From the NCBI GenBank assembly GCA_020724805.1, contig DYGI01000001.1, forward strand, positions 111,157 to 175,156: a stretch of DNA of 64,000 nt, in the 5' to 3' direction. The position numbers were made by a program, and so were the translations under genes. The stretch's first letter is position 1. Every line of letters starts with the position of its first letter. The notes under the pieces were generated by a model, which did no database searches, was not told the origin of the DNA, and saw nothing but the letters and a program-made list of their open reading frames with translations. This stretch comes from Candidatus Microgenomatus sp. Lineage in GTDB: Bacteria > Patescibacteriota > Minisyncoccia > UBA6257 > GWB1-50-10. This document shows positions 46,209 to 54,859 of the stretch, one piece after another.

Positions 46209-46865
46209 ATGGCGGGAATACCGAAAAAGACGTTACGGGCGCTCATTGCGTTGAAGCCGGTATCCATCGCGCTCACTGGTTCTGCGGGTGGAGGGGAGAT
46301 GGGAAAGCGGAGCGATGTGGAATCGGCCGTCATTTTCCAGGGCCGGAACTATATTTCACGCCGAAAACTGAAGAAATTCACCACTGAGAGGTTGAAGATA
46401 TACCCATTTCGCTTTGAGGAGATATTGAAATTGAAGGCGAAAAGCCCGTTTGCCAACAAGTTCTATTTCTGGTGGCTTTCGCACAACTCCAAGACTGTGT
46501 ACGGCGAGCGGATTCTAGAAAACGTTAAGGTAAAGCTTACTGCGAGCGATCTTCGCGAAGAAATTGACCATGCCCGCGGTGTAGCGCTCGCCGCGATGGT
46601 TTCGCTCCGGAACGGCGACAAGGAAACCGCGCGGTGGGGATTCACAAAATCTTGCCTTCTCGCGACCGCCGCGGCGGTGGGCCTTAAAAGAAAGTGCCCG
46701 GCGAGCTCATACCAGGAAGCGGTGAAAATGGGGAGCGTGGTATTCCCGCGCTGGAAACGTCTCATACGGAAAGCGGAGCAGATGCGGCGCAGGGGAGGTA
46801 CGCCGAGCGAACAGGATATATTTGATAACCTGGAGTGTCTTTACTTCATACGAACGAACCTGTAG
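46209..46865 (+). CDS. Putative nucleotidyltransferase-fold protein with helical C-domain
   Basis: LTGSAGGGE...SDVE Pol-beta-like signature. Confidence 0.55.
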   Translation: MAGIPKKTLRALIALKPVSIALTGSAGGGEMGKRSDVESAVIFQGRNYISRRKLKKFTTERLKIYPFRFEEILKLKAKSPFANKFYFWWLSHNSKTVYGERILENVKVKLTASDLREEIDHARGVALAAMVSLRNGDKETARWGFTKSCLLATAAAVGLKRKCPASSYQEAVKMGSVVFPRWKRLIRKAEQMRRRGGTPSEQDIFDNLECLYFIRTNL

Positions 46866-46917
46866 AGGACACTTCTTTGAACGCGTTACACTCCGGTTCA
46901 ACTCCGGACATGTCCAC
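46861..46917 (+). repeat. Diverged inverted copy of the tmRNA 3' end (att-like)
   Basis: TGTAGAGG..GCGTTACAC-TCCGG-TTCAACT-CCGGA-CATGTCCAC versus ssrA TGTAGAGG..GCGTTACAC-GTCGG-TTCGACT-CCGAC-CATGTCCACCA. Confidence 0.85.
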
Positions 46918-46945
46918 AAATAAAATGTTCTCGTTTCCAAAATAG

Positions 46946-47524
46946 ATGCAAATTTTAACTGACATAATTAATGCACTGAATAGTTATTCAGATACTATTA
47001 CGGCGATTTCAGCTGTAATCGTTGCTGTTTTGGCTCTATTTGGTTTGCGGGAATGGAAACTACAAACAAAGGGAAAAACAAACTACGAAATCGCACGAAG
47101 GTATTTAAAGGCGGCCTTACGATTAAGAGACGAATTAAAATACGTTAGGAACCCATTTATTCCTCTTTCGGAAACAAACGACGCTCTGAAGGAAAGCGGC
47201 ATTGAAAGTAAGGACCATTTAGACGAAAATCGAGCGGTCTATTCGCGTCGGTGGAAAAGAGTTCAAGAGGCCTGGACGAATTTAGAAATCGAGCTTCTCG
47301 ACGCAGAAGTATCTTGGGGAAACATTGCGGTTTCCGCCTCTAAACCATTGCTTGATGCCACGAAAAAGCTTTTTGCCGCTCTAACAATGTATCTAGATGG
47401 TCAGGGTCGAGATGATAAGTTGATTTATAATCATGGAAGCCTTGAAAAACCCGACGAATTTTCAGGGCAAGTTGACCAAGCAATCGAGCAAATTCGGGAT
47501 TTCCTACGCCCCCATCTACTTTGA
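46946..47524 (+). CDS. Hypothetical membrane-anchored protein (AT-rich islet)
   Basis: N-terminal TM then helical domain; AT-rich codon usage. Confidence 0.7.
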   Translation: MQILTDIINALNSYSDTITAISAVIVAVLALFGLREWKLQTKGKTNYEIARRYLKAALRLRDELKYVRNPFIPLSETNDALKESGIESKDHLDENRAVYSRRWKRVQEAWTNLEIELLDAEVSWGNIAVSASKPLLDATKKLFAALTMYLDGQGRDDKLIYNHGSLEKPDEFSGQVDQAIEQIRDFLRPHLL

Positions 47525-47536
47525 AATTTCAATGGG

Positions 47537-47570
47537 AACACCCGCCGAGAGGCGGGTGTTTATTTACCCC
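47537..47570 (+). repeat. Hairpin/terminator repeat, copy 1
   Basis: AACACCCGCC-GAGA-GGCGGGTGTTTATTTACCCC. Confidence 0.7.
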
Positions 47571-47604
47571 TCACCGCGCAAAAAGGTGTAAAATTACAAT
47601 TGAT

Positions 47605-47847
47605 ATGAATTGGCTAGAGAAAAATTGGTTTAAAGCCTCTGTCGTAGTAATTCTTATTATCACAATCGGTGGCAGTTTCTATTGGTTTCAGTGGAGACCG
47701 AGAAAAATTAGAGTTGAGTGCAATGATTCTGCATTCAGGTCTTCGATGGAATCGTACGATGCGACGTCATTTACGCAAAGCGGGAGAATGGATTTGAAAG
47801 ATAAATTTTATAAAGATTGTTTAAGATACAACGGCTTTGAGGAATAG
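47605..47847 (+). CDS. Small single-TM protein with two Cys
   Basis: MNWLEKNWFK...FYWFQWRP..EC...YKDCLR. Confidence 0.65.
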   Translation: MNWLEKNWFKASVVVILIITIGGSFYWFQWRPRKIRVECNDSAFRSSMESYDATSFTQSGRMDLKDKFYKDCLRYNGFEE

Positions 47848-47860
47848 CCCTTAATTAGAA

Positions 47861-48073
47861 ATGGGATTTTTTAGATCTTTTTTCGGTCACAAAATAATTT
47901 GTCCACACTGCAGCGAAGAAATTGAAGTAAAGTCTGCCAAGGAAATGGGCCAGATTGAATTGCTAGGAAAGGACATGGAAGGTTATATCCATCTACTACA
48001 CAAAGGACAATGTGGCGCGCATATTATTTGGAACACTCTTTCTGGAAAAGCCGAGCTCGGAGAAAATTCTTAG
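47861..48073 (+). CDS. Small putative zinc-binding protein
   Basis: CPHC...HKGQC. Confidence 0.55.
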   Translation: MGFFRSFFGHKIICPHCSEEIEVKSAKEMGQIELLGKDMEGYIHLLHKGQCGAHIIWNTLSGKAELGENS

Positions 48074-48085
48074 CCTGACCTAGAT

Positions 48086-48460
48086 ATGTTCAAGGAGAAA
48101 TTTGATAAAAAATTTCCTGAAGCAAAAATACTTCGGGAAATGGAGCTGAAGCGCGCATCACGCAATCTCTATAATCGATCCTCTTTCGGAAGAGCAACAT
48201 CCGTGATTTACTTTATCGTTGCTATAGCAAGCATTTTTGTATATTGGAATTTTTTTGAAGCGAACATTTCTCTTTCAATATTTTACGGACTGATTACTTG
48301 GTTTGTCGTCACATATATTTTTGACAAAATCCTTATTAAACTTTTCGGCGTAGGAAAAACCGTAAAAAAAGTAAATGACGAGGAAATAGAAGTTGCTGGA
48401 AAACAGCTTGAGGAAACATTGAAAGAAAAGGGCAAATCAATGGATGATTTTTTGAAATAG
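48086..48460 (+). CDS. Two-TM hypothetical membrane protein
   Basis: Two hydrophobic helices, AT-rich. Confidence 0.65.
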   Translation: MFKEKFDKKFPEAKILREMELKRASRNLYNRSSFGRATSVIYFIVAIASIFVYWNFFEANISLSIFYGLITWFVVTYIFDKILIKLFGVGKTVKKVNDEEIEVAGKQLEETLKEKGKSMDDFLK

Positions 48461-48489
48461 CTCACGCGTAGTAAAAAGTAGCTACTAAC

Positions 48490-48524
48490 AAATGTCCGCC
48501 TCTCGGCGGGTATTTATTTACCCC
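48490..48524 (+). repeat. Hairpin/terminator repeat, copy 2
   Basis: AAATGTCCGCC-TCTC-GGCGGGTATTTATTTACCCC. Confidence 0.7.
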
Positions 48525-48615
48525 ACCCACCCAGTGTGTCCCCCCTAGGTAGGGACGCTTGAGCTATTAGGGCCCGCTATTCAATTGTTTTTCTTTGTGC
48601 GATAGAGTGAATGAA

Positions 48616-50205
48616 ATGCTCCGTGACGAAGTTCTGAAACTCGTACAAAAACACGCTCCGAAGGGGACGGCGGTAACGCTTTCCGTACCCGAAGACGCGC
48701 GTCTTGGTCACTATTCCACGAATGTGGCGTTCGCGCTTTCCAAAATAGAGAAAAAATCACCTTTGGAAATTGCCGAACGTATTGCGTCTGACGTTACAAG
48801 TTCCAAGTCCCCAGCCATTAGTCGCGCAGTCGCTGCCGCTCCGGGATTCATCAACTTTTTCCTCGCGCCCAAAGCACTCCATGAGGAATTGAACGCTATC
48901 GCAAAAGCGAAGAAGAATTATGGCCGGTCAAAAGTTAAAAGTTCCAAGTTAAAGGTTCAAGTCGAGTTCGTCTCCGCAAACCCGACCGGACCCCTCACGC
49001 TCGCGAACGGCCGCGGTGGATTTTTGGGTGACGTACTCGCGAACGTCTTGGAAAACGCAGGCGCCGCGGTGGAGCGCGAATACTATGTGAACGACACGGG
49101 GAACCAGATCTTCACGCTCGGGAAATCGCTCCTCGCTTCGCTCGGCTTCGTGCCGGACGATGAAACTTTATACAAAGGCGAGTACGTCTCCGAATGGGCC
49201 GCGAAGCACAAGAAGGACGTGGAGAAGATGCGCAAAGACCCCGCGAAGCTCGGTGAAAAAGCGGCGGGCGATTTTTTGAAACTCATCAAACGCGCATTGG
49301 AAAAGGAAGCACATATCAAGTTTGACCGGTACACGTCCGAGAAAAAGAACATCCACGCAAAAGGGTACGTAAAGAAAGCGCTCGCACTTTTCAAGAAGAA
49401 AGGCGTGACGTACGAGAAAGAAGGCGCCACGTGGCTCAAAACCACCGCGGAAGGGGATGACAAGGACCGCGTGCTCGTGACGGGCGGCGGCTTCCCCACG
49501 TACTTCCTCGCGGACGCGGGCCACTACCTCGAAACCAAAGAGCGCGGGTTCAAGGCGAAGATAAATATCCTAGGCCCCGACCACTACGGATACGTGGCGC
49601 GCATCCAGGCCGCCGCGAAGCTCGTGGGCCTCGCAAACTCCAAGGTGCTCATCACGCAGGCGGTGCGCCTCATTCGGGGCGGCGCGGAGGTGAAGATGTC
49701 GAAGCGCAAGGGGAACTTCGTGACGTTTGAGGAAGTGGTGGAAGAGGTCGGGGCGGACGCCGCGCGCTTTTTCTTCCTCTCCGTGGCGCCCGAGTCCCAC
49801 ATGGACTTCAACCTGGACCTCGCAAAGGAACGCTCCAACAAAAACCCCGTCTACTACGCCCAGTACGCCTACGTCCGCGCGAAGGCGGTGGTCGCAAAAG
49901 CCGGGAAGATCGCGGGCAAGCCCGACCTCTCTTTACTCAATACCCCCGACGACGCGGCGCTCCTCTTCCAGCTCTCCCGCCTCCCCGAGGTTCTCGCCGA
50001 CGCCGCAAATGACTACGCCGTCCACCGGCTTACGCAATACGCCTCTACCCTCGCCCGCGCATTCCACACCTTCTACGAAAAGGAGCACGTGGTAGGCGAA
50101 GCCCCCGCGCTCGCCGCCGCACGGCTCGCGCTCGTAAAGGGGAGCATTATCGTGTTTGAAAACCTTTTCCGCATTCTCGGTATCAGCGCTCCTTCAAAAA
50201 TGTAA
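48616..50205 (+). CDS. argS: Arginine--tRNA ligase
   Basis: EFVSANPTGPL, YYVND.GNQ, KMSKRKG, YAQYAYVR. Confidence 0.96.
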   Translation: MLRDEVLKLVQKHAPKGTAVTLSVPEDARLGHYSTNVAFALSKIEKKSPLEIAERIASDVTSSKSPAISRAVAAAPGFINFFLAPKALHEELNAIAKAKKNYGRSKVKSSKLKVQVEFVSANPTGPLTLANGRGGFLGDVLANVLENAGAAVEREYYVNDTGNQIFTLGKSLLASLGFVPDDETLYKGEYVSEWAAKHKKDVEKMRKDPAKLGEKAAGDFLKLIKRALEKEAHIKFDRYTSEKKNIHAKGYVKKALALFKKKGVTYEKEGATWLKTTAEGDDKDRVLVTGGGFPTYFLADAGHYLETKERGFKAKINILGPDHYGYVARIQAAAKLVGLANSKVLITQAVRLIRGGAEVKMSKRKGNFVTFEEVVEEVGADAARFFFLSVAPESHMDFNLDLAKERSNKNPVYYAQYAYVRAKAVVAKAGKIAGKPDLSLLNTPDDAALLFQLSRLPEVLADAANDYAVHRLTQYASTLARAFHTFYEKEHVVGEAPALAAARLALVKGSIIVFENLFRILGISAPSKM

Positions 50206-50268
50206 GAAAAAGGTATTGCTTCATTTTTGAACATATGCGTAAAAATGAAGCAGGAAAGAAAGAAGGTG

Positions 50269-50323
50269 GGGAGTAGGATAGGGAGTGGGATAGGGAATGG
50301 GATAGGGAGTGGAATGGGGAGGG
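50269..50323 (+). repeat. G-rich 12-bp tandem repeat (about 4.5 copies)
   Basis: GGGAGTAGGATA GGGAGTGGGATA GGGAATGGGATA GGGAGTGGAATG GGGAGGG. Confidence 0.85.
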
Positions 50324-50404
50324 AAAAGAGGAACTTTAGTTTACCGCTCCCGGTGGTTTTTTAAGCTTCAATCATGTCGTATATACGACATTGTTGAAGC
50401 TGAT

Positions 50405-51346
50405 CTAAAGGGTGAATGTCGTCATTTGGAACACGACGAAGAGTACGTATACGAAAACAAGGCCGATACCTTCAAGGCGCGTGAGCTTTTTATCCGTTTC
50501 GTAGAAGCGGTTCAGAACCGCGACAAGCACCAAAGTAAAAATAAGGAGGAGATAATACGAAGAGCCGACTTCTGTTGTCATTGGCTTCACAATCGCAAAG
50601 ATGCCGACGATTGCCGGGTTCGCGATGGTGGAGCCGATGAGGTTGGAGAGCGAGAGCTCCTCCACGTTGCGGCGCCACGCGCGGATGGCAACGATGATTT
50701 CCGGAAGATTCGTGCCAATGCCGAAGAGGACGATGCCGACGACGAAAGGAGAGATGCCGAAATCTTTTGTGAGCAGCAGCGTGACCTCAATGATGTAGTG
50801 GGAAATAACCAAAACCGCCGCGAGACCGAGTATGATGAAAAACGTTTTTTCCGCAATGCCGCGGACAGTGTCGTGGCGCTCAAACTTTTCGTGGGGTCCT
50901 CGCGCCAAGAGGTACCACAGCACGAGTCCGTACCCCACGAGGAGCGCAATGCCGTCCACGCGGCCCAAATTTCCGTCCAAGCCGAGAAGGAGGGGCGCCA
51001 TTACAAATACGACGATGGGGAGAAAGGTTCCCGGTTTCGCGCCCGTTTGTATATTGCGGTTCAGTATTGCGGAGAACCCAAGGACCAAGCCGAAAGTCAC
51101 AAGAATGCCGCCGAAAAGATTACCGAGCGAAAGCGCGCGAATATCAAGGAGAAGGGAATTTACGCCCACCGCGAGCTCGGGGAACGAGGTTAAGAATCCG
51201 AGGATAATGCCGAACGCAAATATTTTCACACCGAGCGCCATACCGAGGCGCTTCACGTTCGTGACAATGAGGTCCGCGGATTTGCCGAGGAGATAGAAAA
51301 GAATAACGAGCGCGAGGGAGAGGCCGAATGTTCCGAGGTCAGGCAT
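50405..51346 (-). CDS. Sodium:calcium antiporter (CaCA/YrbG family)
   Basis: Two alpha repeats TSFPEL..GNLFGG and GTNLPE..SNLIGS. Confidence 0.9.
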   Translation of the reverse strand: MPDLGTFGLSLALVILFYLLGKSADLIVTNVKRLGMALGVKIFAFGIILGFLTSFPELAVGVNSLLLDIRALSLGNLFGGILVTFGLVLGFSAILNRNIQTGAKPGTFLPIVVFVMAPLLLGLDGNLGRVDGIALLVGYGLVLWYLLARGPHEKFERHDTVRGIAEKTFFIILGLAAVLVISHYIIEVTLLLTKDFGISPFVVGIVLFGIGTNLPEIIVAIRAWRRNVEELSLSNLIGSTIANPAIVGIFAIVKPMTTEVGSSYYLLLIFTLVLVAVLNRFYETDKKLTRLEGIGLVFVYVLFVVFQMTTFTL

Positions 51347-51396
51347 ACGAAAATAGTAGCAAGGAAGCCGATTTCTCGCTACAATTGGATTAACCA

Positions 51397-54300
51397 ATGC
51401 TTCGGAATTTCAAAGAATTTTCGTTGCCCGCAGTGGAAGAAAAGATGCTCGCCTATTGGCGGGCCAATCGTGTTTTTGAGGCGTCACTCAAGAAAACCGC
51501 GAAGGGCAAAAAATTCATTTTTTACGAAGGGCCGCCCACCGCGAACGGACGCCCCGGCATTCACCACGTACTCGCGCGCGCTTTCAAAGACATTATTCCC
51601 CGCTACAAAACGATGCGCGGTTTTCACGTGCCGCGCAAAGGCGGATGGGACACGCACGGACTTCCGGTGGAGATAGAAGTGGAAAAAGCGCTCGGGCTCA
51701 AATCAAAGAAGGAGATAGAAAAATACGGTATCGCCGCCTTCAATGCGAAGTGCAAGGAGTCGGTGTGGAAATACAAAGACGAGTGGGAGCGCCTCACCGA
51801 GCGAATGGGCTTTTGGCTCGATATGAAGCATCCGTACATCACGTATGAGAACCGGTACATAGAAAAGGTGTGGGGGATTTTGGCGCATGTTGCGAAGCAG
51901 AAATTGCTCTACAAAGGCCACAAGGTGGTGCCGTGGTGCCCACGATGTGGGACGGGGCTTTCTTCACACGAACTTGCCTTGGGGTACGAGACGGTGGATG
52001 ACACGTCGGTGTATGTGAAGTTCTACGCACCGAAACTCAAAGCCTCCATTCTCTCGTGGACCACGACGCCGTGGACGCTTCCAGGGAACGTGGCACTCGC
52101 GGTAGGGAAAGAGATCAAGTACGTAATCGCAAAAGTTGGAGGAGAAAATTATGTGGTGGCGAAAGAACGAACGGCCGAGGTGTTCAAAAATGAAAAATAC
52201 GAAATAGGGAAAGAATTACGCGGGAAAGACCTCGTAGGTCTCGCGTATGAGCCGCTTTTCGATGTTCCTACGCTCAAATCCAAGACCTCGTACAAGGTGT
52301 ATGCGGCGGATTTTGTAACCACCGAGGACGGCACCGGCGTGGTGCACACGGCGGTGATGTATGGCGAGGACGACTACCGACTCGGAATGAAGGCGGGTCT
52401 CCCCGCGCGCCACACGGTGGATGAAGCAGGGAAGTTCACAAAAGACGTGAAGGGGTTTGCGGGACTTTTTGTGAAGGCCGCGGAAACCGAGAAAAAAATC
52501 ATTGAGTACCTGAAAGTTAAAGGTTTATTGTTCCAAGTCAAAAGTTATTCTCATGAATACCCTTTCTGCTGGCGGTGTAAGACGCCATTGCTCTACTACG
52601 CGCGCGACTCATGGTTCATCGCGATGTCCAAGCTTCGCACGAAGCTTCTTTCGGAGAACAAGAAAATAAACTGGGTGCCGGCGCACCTGCGCGACGGCCG
52701 CTTCGGGGAATGGCTTCGCGAAGTGAAGGATTGGGCCATCTCCCGTTCCCGCTATTGGGGTACCCCACTTCCCATATGGGAGTGCGAAAAATGTGGGCAT
52801 ATGGATGTTTTAGGCAGCATGAAGGAGGTGCAAGAACGCGCCGCATGCCGCAACAAGTTTGTATTTGTGCGCCACGGCGAAGCGGACCATAACGTACTCG
52901 GGCTCTGCGGAACGTATGAAGATACTAAGAAATTTACTTCACACCTTACCAAGAAAGGAATTGTCGCCATTCGCCACACTGCGCGTGCGATGAAAAAATT
53001 GAAGCCTGACTATATCGTGACATCGCCGCTTGTCCGCACAAAAGAAACCGCCGCGATACTCCAAGAAATTTTAGGAGGAAAGATAGTAGTGGAGAAAGGT
53101 TTGCGCGAAATGAACGGTGGAAAATTTGCGGGGAAACCGGTCGAGGACTTTTACAAACTTTTCGGTGGCGAGCACGAAATATTCGAGAAAAATCCTCATG
53201 GGGGTGAAACGTGGCGCGATATCCAAAAGCGCATGGGAGATGTGTTCCGCGCCATGAATGACCGCTATCACGGGAAGACCATCATCGTAGTGGGTCACGG
53301 CGACCCATTGTGGATTTTGAAAGGGATGCTGGAAGGCGCAACAGATGAGGAGCAGCTTGCCCTTGATTACCCGGCAACTGGCGCTCGGTACGATATTCAA
53401 ACTGGCATGCTCCCGCGCGACGCTGAAGGACGCGTGGATCTCCACCGCCCATACGTGGACGATGTGACGTTCGCGTGCACGAAATGTAAGAAAGGGAATA
53501 TGAAACGCGTGCCGGAAGTATTGGATGTGTGGTTTGATTCGGGTGCGATGCCGTTCGCAGGCAACGCAGAAAATGGAAAATGGACAATGGAAAATTATCC
53601 GGCGGATTATATCAGCGAAGGAGTGGACCAGACGCGCGGCTGGTTCTACACGCTCCACGCGATAGGGGTGTTGATGGGGAAGGGCCGCTCGTACAAGAAC
53701 GTGGTCTCTCTTGGGCTTGTGCTGGATAAGAATGGCCAGAAAATGTCGAAGTCGAAGGGGAATACGGTAGATCCGTGGGCGATGATCGAAAAATACGGCA
53801 TTGATGCGGTGCGCTGGTATCTCTACACCGTGAACCCGGCGGGTGAGGCGAAGAAATTCGACGAGGCGGACATCGGCAAAACGCTCCGGCAGTTTCTGAT
53901 GATGGTCTACAATTCATGCCTTTTTTACGACACCTATGCGAATAAAAATGAAAATGGGAAATGGAAAGTGGAAAATGTTGATCATGTATTAGACCGGTGG
54001 GTGCTCGCACGACTTGCGGAGACCGAAGATTTTGCCACAAAATCGCTCGAGAAATATGAGGTAGGAGAAGCGGCGCGTGCGATAGAAGCGTTTGCCGGTG
54101 ATCTTTCGCGCTGGTATATTCGCCGCTCACGCCGGCGGCTGCAAAAACCCGAAAGCGACAAGGATTACCGTGCCGCGTCCGCGACGCTTGGCTACATACT
54201 CATGGAACTCGCCAAGCTTATAGCGCCCTTCGCGCCATTCTTCGCCGAAGCGCTCTATCTTTCGCTCGTACCACGTAAGAAAGGGAAGGTGGAAAGTGTG

Positions 54301-54846
54301 CATTTGGAAGCATGGCCGAAATCGGCAAAGCTGAAGGCGAGCGATAAAAAACTACTGAAGGAAATGGAAGAAGTGCGCCGGTTTGCAAGCATCGGTCTTG
54401 CGGTGCGGGCAGAGAAGGGCATCAAAGTGCGCCAGCCATTGAGCCAAATGAAAATTAAAGGTGGAAAATGGAACAATAAGGAGCTTCTCACCATCCTTGC
54501 GGACGAGGTGAATGTGAAAAAAGTCGCGGTGGATCCAAAACTCAAGGAGGAAATATTTATAGATGTAAATATTACCCACGAACTTTTGGAAGAAGGGTGG
54601 TTTCGAGAACTTACGCGCACCGTGCAGGGGATGAGGCAGGACGCAAACCTCACGCCGAAGGATATTGTTGTGGTGTATGCCGAAGTTCCGCCGGAACTTA
54701 CCCACGTCATCCGTTCCCGTGAGAAGGAGTTCAAGCGGGAGGTGAATGCACGCGCAGTGGAATTCGCGCGCGGGAAAAAACATCATGCCGAGCTCCAAAC
54801 GAAAATAGGGGAGTTCCCCGCGTGGCTTGCGGTGAAGAAAATCTAG
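51397..54846 (+). CDS. ileS: Isoleucine--tRNA ligase (type 2) with inserted histidine phosphatase domain
   Basis: EGPPTANG.PGIHH, GWDTHGLP, WTTTPWTLP, EGVDQTRGWFY, KMSKS; internal RHG domain. Confidence 0.95.
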   Translation: MLRNFKEFSLPAVEEKMLAYWRANRVFEASLKKTAKGKKFIFYEGPPTANGRPGIHHVLARAFKDIIPRYKTMRGFHVPRKGGWDTHGLPVEIEVEKALGLKSKKEIEKYGIAAFNAKCKESVWKYKDEWERLTERMGFWLDMKHPYITYENRYIEKVWGILAHVAKQKLLYKGHKVVPWCPRCGTGLSSHELALGYETVDDTSVYVKFYAPKLKASILSWTTTPWTLPGNVALAVGKEIKYVIAKVGGENYVVAKERTAEVFKNEKYEIGKELRGKDLVGLAYEPLFDVPTLKSKTSYKVYAADFVTTEDGTGVVHTAVMYGEDDYRLGMKAGLPARHTVDEAGKFTKDVKGFAGLFVKAAETEKKIIEYLKVKGLLFQVKSYSHEYPFCWRCKTPLLYYARDSWFIAMSKLRTKLLSENKKINWVPAHLRDGRFGEWLREVKDWAISRSRYWGTPLPIWECEKCGHMDVLGSMKEVQERAACRNKFVFVRHGEADHNVLGLCGTYEDTKKFTSHLTKKGIVAIRHTARAMKKLKPDYIVTSPLVRTKETAAILQEILGGKIVVEKGLREMNGGKFAGKPVEDFYKLFGGEHEIFEKNPHGGETWRDIQKRMGDVFRAMNDRYHGKTIIVVGHGDPLWILKGMLEGATDEEQLALDYPATGARYDIQTGMLPRDAEGRVDLHRPYVDDVTFACTKCKKGNMKRVPEVLDVWFDSGAMPFAGNAENGKWTMENYPADYISEGVDQTRGWFYTLHAIGVLMGKGRSYKNVVSLGLVLDKNGQKMSKSKGNTVDPWAMIEKYGIDAVRWYLYTVNPAGEAKKFDEADIGKTLRQFLMMVYNSCLFYDTYANKNENGKWKVENVDHVLDRWVLARLAETEDFATKSLEKYEVGEAARAIEAFAGDLSRWYIRRSRRRLQKPESDKDYRAASATLGYILMELAKLIAPFAPFFAEALYLSLVPRKKGKVESVHLEAWPKSAKLKASDKKLLKEMEEVRRFASIGLAVRAEKGIKVRQPLSQMKIKGGKWNNKELLTILADEVNVKKVAVDPKLKEEIFIDVNITHELLEEGWFRELTRTVQGMRQDANLTPKDIVVVYAEVPPELTHVIRSREKEFKREVNARAVEFARGKKHHAELQTKIGEFPAWLAVKKI

Positions 54847-54859
54847 TATACTACGCACA

